The notes below the pieces were generated by a model. It was not told the DNA's origin, made no database searches, and saw nothing but the letters and a program-made list of their open reading frames with translations. Below are positions 22,690-33,910 of a stretch of 64,000 nt of DNA, piece after piece. Made by a program: the position numbers and the translations under genes. Source of the DNA: an uncultured delta proteobacterium (lineage in GTDB: Bacteria; Desulfobacterota; Desulfobacteria; Desulfobacterales; JAFDCJ01); contig CAVYNY010000022.1 in assembly GCA_963769935.1 (NCBI GenBank), positions 128,001 through 192,000 on the forward strand. Reading direction: 5' to 3'. Every line of letters begins with the position of its first letter. Within the stretch, counting starts at the first letter, position 1.

Positions 22690-23079
22690 CCAACCGGTAA
22701 AGTATCTCCCCGGCATGATCGACAAACAGGATGCCTTCATCCTCTTTGTTCCGGTATTCCGACAAATCTATTGCAGCCGGATCCATTTAGCCCAGATTGA
22801 TCTTTTCACAGGTAGCACGCGGTATGGCGGTGGCCAGGACCAGCTCCATCCGCGGCTTTTCAATGCCGTCCTGAAAGCTGCCGGTGCCGCGGACATGGGT
22901 TGAATGGGCCAGCACGCCCCGGGGAATATCCTCGAATTTGTCCATCTGCGCCAGAAAATAATCCCGCACATGATAGCCGATTTTTTCGATCCGAAAATCC
23001 AACCACCTCATGCGGAAACACCGGACCCAGAATAAGGATCAGGTCGTATTCGAAAATCTTTTTATTGATCTCAAATGGA
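22690..23079 (-). pseudogene. Lactate racemase (LarA/DUF2088)-like remnant
   Basis: GPVFPHEVVGFS joined out of frame to IGYHVRDYFLAQMDKF...AHSTHVRG...INLG*MDP...HAGEILY; internal stop and large deletion. Confidence 0.7.
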
Positions 23080-23991
23080 TTACAGCCCTTTTTGATGGAG
23101 AAATATCTCCAGCTGATGGAATTCTTCGGCAAGCTTTTCGACCAATTCACAAATTTCTTCTGTTTTTTTGCTTTCAGCTGCTTTTTCCAGGTCGGAGGCA
23201 ACCCGGGATAGCCTGCCGGCCCTGAGATTGGCCGCTCCGCCCTTGAGGCGATGGGCCTCTGATGCAACAAACCCGTAATCGGACCGGCAGCCGGCCCGGC
23301 GGAGGCCATTAATTTGTTGCCCGGCCTGGAGCAAAAATTGACCCAAAACGTCATACAGAATTTTCTTTTTACCCATGAATTCGTCGATCGCCCGGTCGAG
23401 ATCAAGCGGAAGATTCGTCGCATCCGGATTTTTGACCGGAGCGCGAATTTCGTCTATTGGTTCTTTATCCAAAGCAAAGCTTGAACCGCAATCAATCCAC
23501 CTGTCCATCACGGACAGTAGATGATCCCGCTGCAACGGTTTGCTGACGCAGTCATCCATTCCCGGATAACGCTTCGCAGCGAAGCTGGTCATTGAAGCGT
23601 CTCCGGTCATGGCGATAATGGGAACCCTCTTGAAGTCGGAATGCGGATTGCGGATTTCCGAATTTGAACTGGAATTCTTTCCAATTTTATTCTGCATTCC
23701 GTCTTCCCAACTCCGAATTCTTTTCGTTGCTTCGTACCCGTCCATGACAGGCATCTGCATATCCATCAGGATCAAATCATAGTGATTTGTTTCATAAGCC
23801 TCCACGGCCTGCTGCCCGTTTAAGACAGCATCGACCCGGTAGCCGGCTTTTCGAAGAATCAGCTGCGCGATCTTCTGATTGACCTCATAGTCCTCCGCAA
23901 CAAGAATACGGCGACATATCCGGGCACTTGATTCGGTAGTATAATTTTCCATCGGCAAATTGATCCTTTCAATACCAACCCGGTATTCCAT
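23080..23991 (-). CDS. Receiver (REC) + Hpt domain protein
   Basis: ILVAED, DLILMDMQMPVMDGY, PIIAMT, KP; C-terminal AHRLKGGAANL. Confidence 0.88.
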   Translation of the reverse strand: MEYRVGIERINLPMENYTTESSARICRRILVAEDYEVNQKIAQLILRKAGYRVDAVLNGQQAVEAYETNHYDLILMDMQMPVMDGYEATKRIRSWEDGMQNKIGKNSSSNSEIRNPHSDFKRVPIIAMTGDASMTSFAAKRYPGMDDCVSKPLQRDHLLSVMDRWIDCGSSFALDKEPIDEIRAPVKNPDATNLPLDLDRAIDEFMGKKKILYDVLGQFLLQAGQQINGLRRAGCRSDYGFVASEAHRLKGGAANLRAGRLSRVASDLEKAAESKKTEEICELVEKLAEEFHQLEIFLHQKGL

Positions 23992-24430
23992 TTTCCTATG
24001 GGTTCTCTGGCGGCAAATACCACCCCTCTCTCCGAGCTATAGGCTCTACCCTCCGGACTGTAGGCCTACGGGCAGGAAGCTGGGACGGGATTCGTTGCTT
24101 ATTCCAATTGGCGATTATAGGTAATATCGGTCCGTATGTTTAAAAGTTAAGCCGCCGCCTGTCCCCATATCAAAAAATGGATTCTCTTTGGGTGGCGTAA
24201 GACATAATTTGCCGCTGGTGGAGGACATCAACAGGCAAAAGGAATTTTGAATTGCCGGAGGAGTGGCGTTGCTATCCGCGAAATCTTGCCTTGACCCTCG
24301 CTAAAAGACGCATTAGAGTCTGATCAGATTCACGGCAGATTTGCATAAACAAGATGGCAAAGAATAGCTAATGGTCCGCAACGCCTGAGATTGTGAACTT
24401 ATTTTTTCGTGGACCCTAAGGAGCGCGGCA

Positions 24431-25630
24431 ATGCAGGAAATAATCAAACAGCTGGTACAAAAAAACGACAAAAAAATAGTACTGCTGGTAATGGATGGTG
24501 TCGGTGGACTTCCCAAGGAGAAGGGCGGTAAGACCGAGCTTGAAACAGCTCGAACCCCGAATTTGGACCGTCTGGCATCCGAGTCTGAGTGCGGTCTGCA
24601 TCTACCGGTTGACTACGGTATTACTCCCGGTTCAGCGCCCGGTCATTTAGCGTTGTTCGGGTACCGCCCCACGGATTACAACATCGGCCGGGGGGTGGTG
24701 GCCGCCATGGGCATTGGATTTCCTATGCAGGCGGGCGATGTGGCCGCGCGGGTGAACTTTGCCAGCCGGGATGACCGAGGAAATGTTACCGATCGTCGGG
24801 CGGGCAGAATACCGACGGCGCGTTGCACCGAACTCTGCAACCTGCTGGCTTCAATCCAGGTTCCCGGGGTAGAAATTTTTATGAGGCCGGTGATGGATTA
24901 TCGGGCGGTGGTCGTATTTCGGGGGGAAGGCTTAAGCGACCATGTAGCCGACACCGATCCCCAGAAAGTGGGTGTCAAATCCCTCGATCCTCAGCCTACT
25001 TCCGAGAAAGGCCGGAAAACAGCCGGGATTGCAGCCGCGTTCATTAAGCAGGCCCTGGAGCTTTTGAAGGATCAGCATCCGGCCAATTGTTTGCTGACAC
25101 GCGGCTTTGCCGAATTGCCCCATATCCCGAACATGCAGGAACTTTTCGGACTGCACCCGCTGGCCCTGGCGGTGTATCCGGACTACAAAGGGGTTAGCCG
25201 ACTGGTCGGGATGGATGTGGTCGAAGGCTTAAAAGATCTGGACCACCAGCTGCAAGCGCTGAAAGAAAACTGGGATCAATATGATTATTTTTTTATCCAC
25301 CATAAGTACACCGATTCCCGGGGAGAGGACGGAAATTTTGATGCTAAAGTGGCGGAGATTGAGAAAGTCGACGGCTTTTTGCCTCGCCTCATCGAGCATA
25401 AGCCGGACGTGCTGATCGTCACGGGCGACCATTCCACCCCGGCGGTAATGAAATCCCACTCCCACCACCCGATACCGTTTCTGATCAATGCCGCCAACTC
25501 CCGTCCGGATGGCGTGCAGGAATTCGGGGAACGTGCCTGTGCCGCCGGCCTGTGGGGTATTATCCCCGGCCCGGTGCTGACCCGTCTGGCCTTGGCGTAT
25601 GCGGGAAAGCTGGCCAAGTACGGGGCGTGA
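24431..25630 (+). CDS. apgM: 2,3-bisphosphoglycerate-independent phosphoglycerate mutase (ApgM type)
   Basis: DGVGG, ETARTPNLD, TPGSAPGHLALFGY, DRRAGRI, TGDHSTP. Confidence 0.9.
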   Translation: MQEIIKQLVQKNDKKIVLLVMDGVGGLPKEKGGKTELETARTPNLDRLASESECGLHLPVDYGITPGSAPGHLALFGYRPTDYNIGRGVVAAMGIGFPMQAGDVAARVNFASRDDRGNVTDRRAGRIPTARCTELCNLLASIQVPGVEIFMRPVMDYRAVVVFRGEGLSDHVADTDPQKVGVKSLDPQPTSEKGRKTAGIAAAFIKQALELLKDQHPANCLLTRGFAELPHIPNMQELFGLHPLALAVYPDYKGVSRLVGMDVVEGLKDLDHQLQALKENWDQYDYFFIHHKYTDSRGEDGNFDAKVAEIEKVDGFLPRLIEHKPDVLIVTGDHSTPAVMKSHSHHPIPFLINAANSRPDGVQEFGERACAAGLWGIIPGPVLTRLALAYAGKLAKYGA

Positions 25631-25632
25631 TT

Positions 25633-26035
25633 CGATTGCGGAATGCGGATTTCAGATTGCGGATTGACTTGGCATGGAGCAGAGGGCAGAGGATGAAAGG
25701 ATAAGAAGATCAGAAGATTAGAAGATCAGAGGATGGGAAGCGAGGAGAAGTTATTAGTTATTGTTTATTAGAAGAGAGGACAGAAGATAGAAGCTGGGAA
25801 GCATCTTCGTTTTTCAGCCTCAAGCCTCCCAGCTTTTTGCTATCAACCGGCACCTCAACGCCATAGCCTTTAACCTTATACCGTACACCTTAATCCCTAT
25901 ACCCTCTCCCTTCTTCCCTTTCCCTTTTGCCCTGCCCCGTGCGCCTAATGCCTTGCGCCAGTTAATGCATCCAGTATCGAGTATCCAGAATCCAGTATCG
26001 AGCATCCGGCCGCCGGGCTGACACCTGAAACTTTC
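25633..26035. repeat. Mosaic of degenerate 7-nt-periodic tandem repeats
   Basis: ttgcgga, agaagat, ttattag units on the left; ccagtat/cgagtat and pyrimidine-rich units on the right. Confidence 0.7.
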
Positions 26036-26040
26036 ATCTC

Positions 26041-29000
26041 TTATCTTTTATAATAGTCCTGCAAACACTTATAGTGGATGGGTTCACTGTTCTTCGCTTT
26101 CAGGCCCCGCACAATGGCTTCGGCCGCCGACAGGGTGGTAATGAACGGCACCCGGTTTTTAATCGCCGTCCAGCCGATGGTATATTCGTCTACCCGGGAT
26201 CGCAGACCCAGCGGCGTGTTGATAATCAGATGGATATGGCCGTTTTTAATTTCATCCACCACATTCGGCCGGCCCTCCCTGACTTTCAATACCGATTCGA
26301 CCGGAATTCCGCGGGCGGCAATATAGTCGGCCGTACCCTGGGTGGCCACCAGCTTGTAGCCGAATTTTCGCAATCCCTCGGCGATGGGCAGGGCCCGGGC
26401 TTTATCGTTGTCGTTGACGCTGATGAACACGGTTCCCGAGCGCGGTATGGTGACGCCGGCCGCCTGGAATGCCTTGAAAACAGCCTCGCCGAATTTGGGT
26501 GCAATTCCCATGACTTCTCCGGTCGAGCGCATTTCCGGACGCAGGAAAATATCGGTTTTGCTGAACCGGTCAAATGGGAAGACCGATTCTTTAACGGCCA
26601 CATAGGGAAGCTGATCTCTGAACCTGTATCCGATTTCATCGAGTTTCCTGCCGGCCATGACTTCAACCGCGAGTTTGGCAATCGGAATTCCGGTGGCTTT
26701 GCTGACAAACGGCACGGTGCGGGAGGCGCGTGGATTGACCTCCAGCACATACAGGGTATCAAACATGATGGCAAACTGAATGTTGATCAGGCCTTTGACC
26801 TTGAGGGCTCTGGCCAACTGGCCGGTATATTCCCGGATGTCATCATGTTGCTCACGGCTTAACAGAAACGGCGGCAGCACCGCCATGCTGTCGCCTGAAT
26901 GAACGCCGGCCTCTTCAATGTGCTGCATTACCCCGCAGATTTCGGTTCTCTCCCCGTCGCATATCGCGTCCACGTCAAATTCATAGGCGTCTTCCAGAAA
27001 ACGGTCCAGCAGCACCCGGTGTTCTTCGGAGGCCGTGACGGCATTCTGCATGTAGTGTTTCAGCGAATCGATATCATAGACAATTTCCATGGCCCGTCCG
27101 CCTAGAACATAGGAAGGCCTTACAACCAGCGGGAAGCCGATGCGTTTGCCGACCTCCAGCGCCTCATCGATGGAGGTTGCCGTACCGTACTGGGGGTGGG
27201 CGATGTCGAGGGAATCCAGCAGGGCGCCGAAACGATCCCGATCCTCGGCCAGGTCAATTGAATCCGGCGTGGTGCCCCATACCGGCACACCGGCCTTTTC
27301 AAGGGCCAGGGCCAGTTTCAGCGGGGTCTGGCCGCCGAATTGAATAATGACGCCGTCCGGCTTTTCCAGTTCGGTCACGTTCAAAACATCTTCATAGGTC
27401 AACGGTTCGAAATAGAGCTTATCGGCCACATCATAATCGGTGCTGACGGTCTCGGGATTGCAGTTGATCATAATGGCTTCGATACCGAGCGATTTCAAGG
27501 CCAGAATGCCGTGGACACAGCAGTAGTCAAACTCGATGCCCTGACCGATTCGATTGGGGCCCCCGCCCAGAATGACAACCTTCTTTTTGTCAGAAGATGT
27601 TGATTCGTTTTCATGGTCGTAGGTGGAGTAGTAATAGGGGGTAAACGATTCAAATTCGGCCGCGCAGGTGTCGACGATCTTATAGGAAGGCCGCACGCCG
27701 TTGGCCTTCCTGAAACTTCTGATTTCTCCCTCGCTTTTGCCGGTCAGCAGCGCCAGCTGCCGGTCGGAAAATCCCATGCGTTTGGCCCGGATTAGGGTTT
27801 GCTGGGCGAGGGTATTGCGTTTTTTATATTCGGCCGTGATTTCGTTTTCAAATTCAGTGAGTTGATGCAGATTTTCAAGAAACCAGATGTCGATTCCCGA
27901 AACCTGTGATATTTCATCCCGTGCAATACCCGACTTTAACGCCTGCCATATTTTCAGGATTCGATCCGGTGTGCCGTGTCGCAGATCATCCAGCAACGCA
28001 TCCCGGGACAACCCGGCATAGGCATTCGTATCAACGGCGTGAAATCCGGACCAGCCGTTTTCCAGCGATCGCAGGGTTTTGTTCAAAGCCTCCTTGAATG
28101 TCCGGCCGATGCCCATGGCTTCGCCGATGGATTTCATCTGGGAGGTGAGGCGGCGATCTTCATCCGGAAATTTTTCAAAGTCCCAGCGCGGAATTTTAAC
28201 AACGACATAATCAATGGCCGGTTCAAATGAGGCCGGCGTTTTGCGCGTGATATCGTTTGGGATTTCATGCAGGCGGTACCCCACCGCCAGTTTGGCGGCA
28301 ATTTTGGCGATAGGAAAGCCGGTGGCCTTCGACGCCAGGGCGGAGCTGCGGGAAACCCGCGGGTTCATCTCGATGACCACCATCTCACCGGTCTTCGGAT
28401 TCAACGCGAATTGAATGTTGGCCCCGCCGGTTTCGACTCCCACCTTGGCGACGATTTTTTTGGCGGCGTCGCGCATGTTCTGGTATTCAACGTCGGTCAG
28501 GGTCTGGGCGGGGGCGACCGTAATGCTGTCACCGGTGTGAATGCCCATGGGGTCGAAATTTTCAATGGAGCAGACGATCACAAAATTGTCGGCGCCGTCC
28601 CGCATGACTTCAAGCTCGTATTCTTTCCAGCCCAGCACCGACTGTTCGATTAATATCTCGCTGGCCGGGCTGGCCTTCAGACCCCATTGAGCGGCCTCGC
28701 TGAACTCTTCCCTGTTGTAGACGACGCTGCCTCCGATACCGCCCAGGGTAAAGGCGGGCCGGATGATCAGGGGAAAGCCGATCTCGCGGCACAGGGCTTC
28801 GGCCTCTTCCACGGTATGGACGCAGCCGCCTTCGGGCACATTCAAACCGATCTCCCGCATGGCGTTGCGGAAAAGCTCACGGTCTTCGGCCAACCGGATG
28901 GTTTCCAGGCCGGCCCCGATCAATTCAACCCCGTATTCTTCCAGGGTGCCGTTTTGGGCCAGCTCAACCGCCAGGTTCAGACTGGTCTGGCCGCCCAGGG

Positions 29001-29265
29001 TGGGCAGCAGCGCATCCGGACGCTCAATTTCTATGATGCGGGCCACCGCCTCGGCATTGAGCGGCTCGAGGTAGGTACGGTCCGAAAATTCGGGGTCCGT
29101 CATGATGGTTGCCGGATTGCTGTTAATCAGGATAACGATGAAGCCTTCTTCCTTGAGGGCTTTGCAGGCCTGGGTTCCCGAATAATCGAATTCGCAGGCC
29201 TGGCCGATGACAATCGGTCCGGACCCGATCACCAGGATTCTTTTGATGTCTTTTCGTTTAGGCAT
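26041..29265 (-). CDS. carB: Carbamoyl-phosphate synthase large subunit
   Basis: [24 protein letters not shown], two ATP-grasp halves, 1074 aa. Confidence 0.99.
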   Translation of the reverse strand: MPKRKDIKRILVIGSGPIVIGQACEFDYSGTQACKALKEEGFIVILINSNPATIMTDPEFSDRTYLEPLNAEAVARIIEIERPDALLPTLGGQTSLNLAVELAQNGTLEEYGVELIGAGLETIRLAEDRELFRNAMREIGLNVPEGGCVHTVEEAEALCREIGFPLIIRPAFTLGGIGGSVVYNREEFSEAAQWGLKASPASEILIEQSVLGWKEYELEVMRDGADNFVIVCSIENFDPMGIHTGDSITVAPAQTLTDVEYQNMRDAAKKIVAKVGVETGGANIQFALNPKTGEMVVIEMNPRVSRSSALASKATGFPIAKIAAKLAVGYRLHEIPNDITRKTPASFEPAIDYVVVKIPRWDFEKFPDEDRRLTSQMKSIGEAMGIGRTFKEALNKTLRSLENGWSGFHAVDTNAYAGLSRDALLDDLRHGTPDRILKIWQALKSGIARDEISQVSGIDIWFLENLHQLTEFENEITAEYKKRNTLAQQTLIRAKRMGFSDRQLALLTGKSEGEIRSFRKANGVRPSYKIVDTCAAEFESFTPYYYSTYDHENESTSSDKKKVVILGGGPNRIGQGIEFDYCCVHGILALKSLGIEAIMINCNPETVSTDYDVADKLYFEPLTYEDVLNVTELEKPDGVIIQFGGQTPLKLALALEKAGVPVWGTTPDSIDLAEDRDRFGALLDSLDIAHPQYGTATSIDEALEVGKRIGFPLVVRPSYVLGGRAMEIVYDIDSLKHYMQNAVTASEEHRVLLDRFLEDAYEFDVDAICDGERTEICGVMQHIEEAGVHSGDSMAVLPPFLLSREQHDDIREYTGQLARALKVKGLINIQFAIMFDTLYVLEVNPRASRTVPFVSKATGIPIAKLAVEVMAGRKLDEIGYRFRDQLPYVAVKESVFPFDRFSKTDIFLRPEMRSTGEVMGIAPKFGEAVFKAFQAAGVTIPRSGTVFISVNDNDKARALPIAEGLRKFGYKLVATQGTADYIAARGIPVESVLKVREGRPNVVDEIKNGHIHLIINTPLGLRSRVDEYTIGWTAIKNRVPFITTLSAAEAIVRGLKAKNSEPIHYKCLQDYYKR

Positions 29266-30364
29266 TGAACTCCTTCATGTCATTGACAAAATTTTCAAAA
29301 AGATAGCGGCTGTCGCGGGGACCGGGGGCGGACTCCGGATGATACTGAACCGAAAATGCCGGCAGGTTTTTGTGTCGGAACCCTTCAAGGGTCTGGTCGT
29401 TCAGGTTTATATGGGTGATTTCGACCTCGTTGGCGGGCAGGCTGTCGGCATCGACGATAAAGCCGTGGTTTTGGGAAGTGATTTCCACGGCGCCGGTGGG
29501 CAGGTACTTGACCGGATGATTGGCGCCGTGATGACCGAATTTCAGTTTGGTCGTTTTGGCCCCCAGGGCCAGGCCCAGGATTTGATGTCCCAGGCAGATG
29601 CCGAAGATGGGTTTCTTCCCCAGCAGGTTTCGTACCGTATTGACGGCATATGTCACCGGCTCCGGGTCGCCGGGACCGTTGGAAAGAAAGATGCCGTCGG
29701 GATTCCAGGCCAGTACGTCCGCGGCGGAGGCGTGAGCCGGAAATACCCGCAGCTTACAGCCGTGCTGATACAAGGCGCGCAGAATGGAAAATTTCACACC
29801 GAAATCATAGACCGCGACCCTGAAATTGAGCCGCTGATCACGCCTGGTTTCTTCGTCCATGGGCCACTCATAATTTTCTTCGGTGGTGACTTCCCGGGCG
29901 ATATCGCGCCCCACCAGCTGTTGGCCGGTTTTAAGTCTTTGCAGCAAAACTTCGAACGGCTCATCGGCGGTGGTTATCGTCCCCATCTGGGCCCCATGGT
30001 CGCGCAGATGGCGGGTCAGCTGCCGGGTGTCGATGTCGCTGATTCCGACTATGCCGTAATATTTTAAATATTCATCCAGCGACTTGGTCGCCTGCCAGTG
30101 GCTGACCACCGGGCTGTATTCGCGAATAATCAAGCCGGCCGCATATATGCGCCGGGATTCGAAATCTTTCGGGTTGACCCCATAGTTGCCGATCTGGGGA
30201 TACGTCATGGTCACCAGCTGGAAATGATAGGACGGGTCCGTGATAATTTCCTGGTAGCCCATCATGGCGGTGTTAAACACCACCTCGCCAACGCTGGTGC
30301 CCATAGCGCCCAGGGAAAGCCCTTCAAAGTGCGTGCCGTCGGACAGGATAAATCTTGCTTTCAT
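29258..30364 (-). CDS. carA: Carbamoyl-phosphate synthase small subunit
   Basis: GEVVFNT, SNGPGDP, GICLGHQ, QYHPE. Confidence 0.99.
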   Translation of the reverse strand: MKARFILSDGTHFEGLSLGAMGTSVGEVVFNTAMMGYQEIITDPSYHFQLVTMTYPQIGNYGVNPKDFESRRIYAAGLIIREYSPVVSHWQATKSLDEYLKYYGIVGISDIDTRQLTRHLRDHGAQMGTITTADEPFEVLLQRLKTGQQLVGRDIAREVTTEENYEWPMDEETRRDQRLNFRVAVYDFGVKFSILRALYQHGCKLRVFPAHASAADVLAWNPDGIFLSNGPGDPEPVTYAVNTVRNLLGKKPIFGICLGHQILGLALGAKTTKLKFGHHGANHPVKYLPTGAVEITSQNHGFIVDADSLPANEVEITHINLNDQTLEGFRHKNLPAFSVQYHPESAPGPRDSRYLFENFVNDMKEFNA

Positions 30365-30391
30365 CTTTTATGTGCCTATAACTGTTTGAAT

Positions 30392-30600
30392 TGAATATTG
30401 AAATTGAAGATTGAATATTTGAGGTATTCTATCTTTTTAAGTATCGCCCTTAACATCTTTTCTCCTGCTCCTTGCGCCTTTAACCTTTTACCTTTATCCT
30501 TCCTTTTACGCTATGCGCTATGCGCTATGCTCCATGCGCTATGCACCTATCGCGCGCAACCCGCAACTCGTACCCGCACCTCGTAACCCGTGCCTCGCAA
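30392..30600. repeat. 7-nt-periodic repeat mosaic between argG and carA
   Basis: (cgctatg)n and cgcaacc/cgtaccc/cgtaacc units. Confidence 0.7.
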
Positions 30601-30606
30601 ACCGAT

Positions 30607-31872
30607 TTAGTCTCTTTTAAACTTGCTGTAATCCGGCTTGCGATAGCGACTTTCGCCGCCGCCGTCAATAGCTAAAAGGGATTCAACCTTCAGCGGCAGG
30701 CCGAACAGCTGGATGAATCCCTGGGCATCCTGCTGGTTGTACACATCTTCTTCGCCGAAGGAGGCATAGTCTTCGCGATACAGGCTGTAGGGGCTTCTGC
30801 GTCCGGCGATAATAATGTTGCCCTTGTAGAGCTTCAGACGCACGGTGCCGCTGACCGTTCGCTGGGTGACTTTGACGAACGCGTCCAGGGCTTCGTGCAA
30901 TTGCATAAACCACATGCCGTTGTAGACCAGTTCCGCGTATTTAACCGCCACAAAATCCTTATAGTGCATGGTGTGCTTGTCCAGGCAAATACTCTCAAGG
31001 GCCTGGTGAGCACGGAAAATTATCGTACCGGCCGGTGTTTCATAAACTCCCCGGCTTTTCATGCCCACCAGTCGGTTTTCAACAATATCCACGCGCCCGA
31101 TACCGTGGGCGCCGGCGATTTTATTTAAGCGGGTGAACATGTCCACCGCCGACAGTGTCTCACCGTTCAAACTGACCGGATTGCCTTTCTCAAAGCCGAT
31201 TTCGACATACTCGGGCTTATCCGGTGCATCTTCGGGGCTGACCGATAGCTTAAACATTGGAGCTTCCGGTTCATTCCAGGGGTCTTCCAGCATCCCGCCT
31301 TCATGGGACATGTGCATGATGTTGCGGTCACGGCTGTAAATATCCTTTTCGGTCTGGGTCAGCGGGATGTTGTATTTGTTGGCATATTTGATGGCATCTT
31401 CCCGGCTGCGGATCTCCCACTCACGCCAGGGAGCAATGACTCTGAGCTTCGGGTTGAGCGCCATCACGGTGAGCTCGAATCGGACCTGATCGTTGCCCTT
31501 TCCGGTGCAGCCATGGGCAACGGCATCCGCCCCTTCCTCTTCCGCGATTTCAACCATTTTTTTGGCGATCAGGGGGCGGGCAATGGAGGTGCCCAACAGG
31601 TATTCCCGTTCATACACCGCCCCGGCCTGCATGGTGGGAAACACATAGTCGGTTAAAAATTCCTCCCGCAGGTCGGCTACGATCAGCTTGGCGGCGCCGG
31701 ATGCCAGGGCCTTGTCCTCCAGGCCTTCCAGTTCTTCCTGCTGGCCCACATCGGCCGTAAAACAGATCACATCACAGTTATCGTAGTTGTTTTTCAGCCA
31801 GGGAACGATCACGGAGGTATCCAACCCGCCGCTGTAAGCCAGCACCACTTTTTTAACCTTGCCTTTGACCAT
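30607..31872 (-). CDS. argG: Argininosuccinate synthase
   Basis: [48 protein letters not shown] before ATG 31872. Confidence 0.98.
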   Translation of the reverse strand: MVKGKVKKVVLAYSGGLDTSVIVPWLKNNYDNCDVICFTADVGQQEELEGLEDKALASGAAKLIVADLREEFLTDYVFPTMQAGAVYEREYLLGTSIARPLIAKKMVEIAEEEGADAVAHGCTGKGNDQVRFELTVMALNPKLRVIAPWREWEIRSREDAIKYANKYNIPLTQTEKDIYSRDRNIMHMSHEGGMLEDPWNEPEAPMFKLSVSPEDAPDKPEYVEIGFEKGNPVSLNGETLSAVDMFTRLNKIAGAHGIGRVDIVENRLVGMKSRGVYETPAGTIIFRAHQALESICLDKHTMHYKDFVAVKYAELVYNGMWFMQLHEALDAFVKVTQRTVSGTVRLKLYKGNIIIAGRRSPYSLYREDYASFGEEDVYNQQDAQGFIQLFGLPLKVESLLAIDGGGESRYRKPDYSKFKRD

Positions 31873-31888
31873 CTTTTGCTCCTTTCCC

Positions 31889-31923
31889 AAAAAGAAAAAC
31901 CCCGGCAGGTGCCGGGGTTTTTT
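31889..31923 (-). terminator. Attenuator terminator hairpin in the argG leader
   Basis: mRNA aaaaaccccggc-acct-gccggggttttt followed by ctttttgg, just upstream of the argG RBS. Confidence 0.85.
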
Positions 31924-31948
31924 GTTTTCCATTCTGGTATTAACAGGT

Positions 31949-32038
31949 TCATATCCGATACAAAAAACACCCGGCCCTTGATCGGCTGCGACGGCGGCAA
32001 CGGCGACGGATACGGATGTTATTTGAAGAATGACTCAT
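31949..32038 (-). CDS. Arg-rich leader peptide [29 protein letters not shown] (putative attenuator peptide)
   Basis: Hand-translated, 29 aa, 10 Arg codons (9 within codons 9-21); sits between the promoter and the terminator upstream of argG. Confidence 0.8.
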   Translation of the reverse strand: MSHSSNNIRIRRRCRRRSRSRAGCFLYRI

Positions 32039-32071
32039 TTTTCTAAGATATCCTGGTTGATGACTTCGGCG

Positions 32072-32100
32072 AATATGACAAAAAAATATCAGGCTGTCAA
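32072..32100 (-). promoter_or_regulatory. Sigma-70 promoter for the leader-argG-carA-carB operon
   Basis: TTGACA-N17-CATATT with an extended -10 TG. Confidence 0.7.
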
Positions 32101-32382
32101 GTTCGAAATTGTTGGTTGCTCAAGATAATCTCAATTGCAGTCATATACCTGAATTTTTAAACACCGGACATCGCTCGAAGTCGATCCCGACAATCAAACT
32201 TCGAACGTTGAAATTGAGATTGACGTGCAAAATTCAGGTATGATTATGGTGCCGAAGGCCGGATTTGCCAGATAGTTAATGATTACATCAAGTTATTTAA
32301 TTATAAATGAGTTTATGCGAGTTTAAGCGAGTTTTTGTACGCTTCTGGCGGCATAATCGCATATTAAACGCATATTGAAGGA

Positions 32383-32601
32383 TCAAGCAGCAATGGTTTG
32401 CTTTTCGGTAGGTAACTTGGTTAAAATTAGCTCTTTTAGATCCATTTTACTGGAGGCATTATCGATGTCGATACCAACCAGGTTATTTTCATCATCATAG
32501 TCGAGCACGACGCCTGGCGACACCTCTCTGCTTTCCGAACTCTCCTTGGCTGATAAATCAATATACATTGAATCTGTTTCTGGATAATATGATATTCTCA
32601 T
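32383..32601 (-). CDS. DUF2283 family protein (putative antitoxin)
   Basis: MRISYYPETDSMYIDL...EVSPGVVLDYDDENNLVGIDIDNAS. Confidence 0.88.
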   Translation of the reverse strand: MRISYYPETDSMYIDLSAKESSESREVSPGVVLDYDDENNLVGIDIDNASSKMDLKELILTKLPTEKQTIAA

Positions 32602-32753
32602 GGTTTAAATCCCCTATCTGGAAATGCATTATGGATGGTGATTTTGTCTTCCAGAGTAACGACACGAAGAAATCGACCATCAAGTTCTTCAATGGCAGCC
32701 CAGAACCTGTATCTATTATGCTCCTGTTTCTCAAACCTTATCGGGTTTTTTAC
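32598..32753 (-). pseudogene. 5'-truncated partner (putative toxin) of DUF2283
   Basis: VKNPIRFEKQEHNRYRFWAAIEELDGRFLRVVTLEDKITIHNAFPDRGFKP*, ATGA-coupled to DUF2283; in-frame stop shortly upstream. Confidence 0.6.
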
Positions 32754-32942
32754 GAATGGTTTCGTATCCAATTTCAATTTGACACTCTATACAAAATATG
32801 CAACATTATCAATGAATTAATCATATTGGCAAAAACCCTTTTGAGTTGGAATCCAACGGAGGGATAATGACCAGAATGAAAACCTCTGCTTGATGTATAT
32901 TATGCAGGGGTTTTTTTGTTTTCTTGATTGAGATAGATCAAA

Positions 32943-33602
32943 ATGAGCAATGGTAAAAGCGATCAGAACAATCATCCAATATTGGAACAACAGTCCTTTG
33001 ATAAGGCTCAAGGTCAGCTACGTCACATTTCCATTGAAGAATTGAAACAGATTCTTAGGGAACATATGAGATGGCTAAAGTCTAAGGGGAAAGAAGGAAA
33101 AAGGGCTGATTTACATTTATCAAATTTGAAAGCACTAAACCTTAAAAAGGCTATACTTGCATATGCCGAACTGACTCAGTCAGACCTTGTTGGAGCTAAC
33201 CTTCAACAGGCCAACCTTATAAGAACAAATCTGAAACAATCTAACCTATGCCAAGCTGATTTAGGAATGGCAAATCTTTCTAGAGCAAATATAGAAAGTG
33301 CCGAAATCATAGGAAGTATCTTCACAAATTCCAATCTTACCGAAACAAATTTAAAAAATAGTAGTTGCAGGGGTTCTGATTTTGATGGTGCCATCCTTGT
33401 TAAAGCCAACCTACAGGGTGCCGATCTTTTGTCAGCATTTTTTGAGGAAGCTGTTCTTAGAGATGCCAATCTTAAAGGAGCAAAAAATATAGCTATCGAA
33501 CAATTACAAGGAGCAAAAACTCTCTACCAAGCCAAATTAGACCCTGAACTTATGGAACAAGTGAAAAAGAGCTGTCCTTTCCTATTAAGAGAGTCGATAT
33601 AG
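32943..33602 (+). CDS. Pentapeptide repeat protein
   Basis: A(N/D)Lxx repeats after HMRWLKSKGKEGKRADL. Confidence 0.9.
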   Translation: MSNGKSDQNNHPILEQQSFDKAQGQLRHISIEELKQILREHMRWLKSKGKEGKRADLHLSNLKALNLKKAILAYAELTQSDLVGANLQQANLIRTNLKQSNLCQADLGMANLSRANIESAEIIGSIFTNSNLTETNLKNSSCRGSDFDGAILVKANLQGADLLSAFFEEAVLRDANLKGAKNIAIEQLQGAKTLYQAKLDPELMEQVKKSCPFLLRESI

Positions 33603-33718
33603 AAAGCAGAAAATACAAAACAAAGCATCCATTACATTGACGGGTGATGAAATTATCAATTATGTATTGGGAATCCTATGTATCCTATATCCCTTTGTTA
33701 CGTGAACAATAGGGGTTT

Positions 33719-33910
33719 TCATAGTTTTGATTTGAGTCGATAAATAGCTTTCGATGTTAGCACATGATTGCCTTCAATGATTTGCTGAATAGCTGGAGTC
33801 ACCCTGCCATACAAATCCATTAACTCTACCAGTAAAACAGTTTCAGAGATATCTTCCCACTTTTCGCTATCGTGACATTTACGCTCATACTGGTGCAGGT
33901 ATAACATCAT
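33719..33910 (-). CDS. Small hypothetical protein
   Basis: MMLYLHQYERK...WEDISE...VTPAIQQIIEG; start uncertain. Confidence 0.45.
   Translation of the reverse strand: MMLYLHQYERKCHDSEKWEDISETVLLVELMDLYGRVTPAIQQIIEGNHVLTSKAIYRLKSKL

Noticed and set aside
25633..26035. Possible CRISPR array, here or at the other repeat tracts
   Set aside because: No constant 25-40-bp repeat with unique spacers, and no cas genes in the window
26074..30067. Long plus-strand ORFs opposite carB and carA (also 59546-60343 opposite argS)
   Set aside because: GC-rich antisense shadows of well-conserved genes
31873..31932. N-terminal extension of ArgG in the ORF track
   Set aside because: It reads through the terminator hairpin; the RBS supports ATG 31872
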